Below, one piece after another: positions 61,767-64,000 of a stretch of 64,000 nt of DNA. The notes beneath the pieces are model-generated. The model saw only the letters and a program-made list of their open reading frames with translations. It was not told the origin of the DNA and did no database searches. Source of the DNA: Anaeramoeba ignava BMAN (lineage: Eukaryota > Protista > Anaeramoebae); contig JAPDFW010000058.1 in assembly GCA_028826165.1 (NCBI GenBank), positions 434,001 to 498,000 of the forward strand, read 5' to 3'. Position numbers and translations under genes: made by a program. How positions within the stretch are numbered: position 1 is the stretch's first letter; the number at the start of each line of letters is the position of its first letter.

Positions 61767-63833
61767 ATGAATTTATCTGATACACTTTCATTTGTTGAGG
61801 CAGAAAGAACAGTTGAAGCTTTCGGTGTTTCAAATATCCCACTTTTAATCAAAGAAGCAAAAAACGGGAAAAACGGAAATATTTTGCATTTTTTATGTTA
61901 CAAAGCAAAAATCCAAAAACTTTCAAAAGAACTTGAAACAGGAAAACACGACATCAACAAACAAGACAAAATGGGGAACACTCCACTGCACACAACATGC
62001 TTTGGAGGGATTCGGGAATGTTTTGAAACGATTATCAAATTTGATCCAAATTTTTCAATCCAAAATCAAAAAAACGAAACACCACTTGATTTGGCCTTTT
62101 TATCCAATTTTGATTTCGCAAAGCAGTTCCTTCTGCAGAAGAACGCACCACATCATATGAACATCAGCGATCTTCAGAAAGCAATCATCTTAGGGAATCT
62201 TGAAGAAGCATTGAAAATCATCAATAATTCCAGTCTCGAAACCTTGGAGTTCAAGGACAAGTTAATGAATACAGCGGCTCACGATGCAGCGGGATATGGG
62301 AGGTTTCCTTGTCTCAAGGCGCTTATAAATAAAGGCGTGAAAATTGACGAGAAGAATTCTGCTTCGCGAACACCGCTTTATCTGTCTGTCCTGAACAAGC
62401 ATTTTGAATGTTTTGAAATTCTTATTCAAAATGGAGCAAAGGTATCAACACAGAACATTTATGGCTATAGTCCTCTACATCTTGCGGCCGAAGATTCGGG
62501 ACATTCCGATTCTTTCCTCGAAACTCTTCTGAGCAACAAGGCAAATGTGGCCTTGCGTGATACTGATCAGATGACCCCGCTTCATTGCGCAAAAACCCCG
62601 TCCAAAACTCGTCTTCTGCTAAAGTACGGCGCGGATCCTAACGCTACTGATATTTGCAATTTCGCTCCTATTCATTTCGCTGCAAAGAAAGGGGATCTTC
62701 TCTCAATCAAAGAACTCATCTCTTTTGGATCCAAAATTTCCTTTACAAATTCCTTTATTTATCAACCAATTTCAATTTGCACTCTTAAAGGCAACTACAA
62801 ATCCCTTAAATATCTTCTTTCTTGTCTAGAACAAAAAGAACTCAACAATTACATCGATATTGAAAATGAAAAAACCAAAAATATCATCGTTTTTGCTCTT
62901 AAAAAAAATCATCCAAAATGTTTGAAATTTTTACTATCAAAATTTGTTAAAAAAATTTCATTGAAAAGAAAAACCTTTTTATTCCAACAAGCAATTATTT
63001 CCGAGTTTTACGAATGTGCTTATATCATCTCTAAAATAGAAACCCACGAAGAACCGCAATTAGATTCAAATCCTGAGGAATTCTATCATTTGTCGTGGGA
63101 ATTTTCACAAGATTTTCTTTGGCTGTTTAAAAACGGTTTGTTTTTTTCTGATTCAAAACTTGTTCTTCCAAAAAATAAGAAACAAAATCATCTTTCCAAA
63201 AAATCAGCCGAAGAAACAATTTCCTTTCCTGTTTTTAATGCATTGATTCAATCAAGAATTGGATTTGAAAAATTGGATCTTTTTTTGGAAATTTGCAAAC
63301 AATATAATTATCATATCATTAAAAACCTTTTGAAATTTATTTACACAGGAATCTTATTCCGTTCAAAACTGAAAACAGACGAAGATCAAACTCTTCGCGA
63401 AATTTCGAAAAAACTTGATTTTCCAATTCTTTCAAAAGTTCTTGATCAAAAAATTTTTTTCGATCAAACTATTTATGAAGATTTGGGAAAATTATTAAGA
63501 AAAGATTTGCCAGTTCAACATGATTTTTCAATTAAAGTCAATAATGATCCAAATCAAGTAATCGAGTGTCATAAATATATTCTTGCTTCAAGAAGTGAAC
63601 TTTTTCGAGGAATGTTCTTGAGTTTGAATGACCCTTCAAATTCTGCCCCTGATTTAAGTGAAAGAAGCTTTGATGCTGTTTATCAAGTTATTCAGTTTCT
63701 TTATACTGATAATCTTCAAACTAATGATCCAATTATTTTGGAAGAACTTTCTGATGCTGATTTGTATTATGGTTTATTTGGAAAATCTTTTAAAAATCAA
63801 TTTGAACAAAAAATTCAATTAAATGAAAAATAA
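61767..63833 (+). CDS. Ankyrin repeat + BTB/POZ protein
   Basis: GNTPLH, TPLDLA, TAAHDAA, SPLHLAA, TPLHCA ankyrin motifs; DFSIKV..IECHKYILASRSELFRGMF..IQFLYTD BTB. Confidence 0.92.
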   Translation: MNLSDTLSFVEAERTVEAFGVSNIPLLIKEAKNGKNGNILHFLCYKAKIQKLSKELETGKHDINKQDKMGNTPLHTTCFGGIRECFETIIKFDPNFSIQNQKNETPLDLAFLSNFDFAKQFLLQKNAPHHMNISDLQKAIILGNLEEALKIINNSSLETLEFKDKLMNTAAHDAAGYGRFPCLKALINKGVKIDEKNSASRTPLYLSVLNKHFECFEILIQNGAKVSTQNIYGYSPLHLAAEDSGHSDSFLETLLSNKANVALRDTDQMTPLHCAKTPSKTRLLLKYGADPNATDICNFAPIHFAAKKGDLLSIKELISFGSKISFTNSFIYQPISICTLKGNYKSLKYLLSCLEQKELNNYIDIENEKTKNIIVFALKKNHPKCLKFLLSKFVKKISLKRKTFLFQQAIISEFYECAYIISKIETHEEPQLDSNPEEFYHLSWEFSQDFLWLFKNGLFFSDSKLVLPKNKKQNHLSKKSAEETISFPVFNALIQSRIGFEKLDLFLEICKQYNYHIIKNLLKFIYTGILFRSKLKTDEDQTLREISKKLDFPILSKVLDQKIFFDQTIYEDLGKLLRKDLPVQHDFSIKVNNDPNQVIECHKYILASRSELFRGMFLSLNDPSNSAPDLSERSFDAVYQVIQFLYTDNLQTNDPIILEELSDADLYYGLFGKSFKNQFEQKIQLNEK

Positions 63834-64000
63834 TTCCAAATAAAAAAAACTGAAAAATTTTTTTTTCATTTTTTTCTTTTTTTTTAAAATGAATTCAAGT
63901 GTTAATTTTTGGAAAAAATCTTTTAAAAATGCAAAATTTATAAACTTTTCAGGAAATGAAATGAAAATTAAAATTAAACAAAATGAAAAAATATTTTTTA

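Noticed and set aside
1-64000. Inteins, transposases, tRNA or rRNA genes
   Set aside because: I saw no Cys...His-Asn-bounded insertions in the conserved proteins, no transposase or RT motifs, and no GC-rich structured RNA; a covariance-model scan would be needed to exclude small RNAs.

Overview
Extremely AT-rich, gene-dense eukaryotic (protist) genomic DNA with spliceosomal introns and the standard genetic code. The RCC1-BTB and ankyrin-BTB genes, microsatellite-filled introns and TCAYT promoter motifs suggest an Anaeramoeba-like metamonad, but that is inference. I reconstruct 19 protein-coding genes, in order: SNRNP27, a CARMIL-like PH-LRR protein, an atypical AGC kinase, a giant Set1-like methyltransferase, ARPC1, an HRI-like eIF2alpha kinase, CNOT10, a GRIP golgin, a vWA-like/Ser-Lys repeat protein, dynein light intermediate chain, two tandem copines, an alpha/beta hydrolase with UIMs, GlnRS, a coiled-coil/PH protein, cyclophilin H, two RCC1-BTB paralogs and an ankyrin-BTB protein. 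Non-coding DNA includes a 24-copy ~144-bp satellite and a (GAATT)n array. Most short ORFs in the track are shadows of simple repeats. Scattered 1-nt frameshifts, even in GlnRS, point to assembly indel errors, which limits some claims. Best leads: a 34-nt interruption without GT-AG ends in the eIF2alpha kinase, poly(A)-AAG splice acceptors, an A-to-T synonymous-site polarity within exons, the nucleosome-length satellite, tandem Inr-like arrays and a MIDAS-dead copine paralog.
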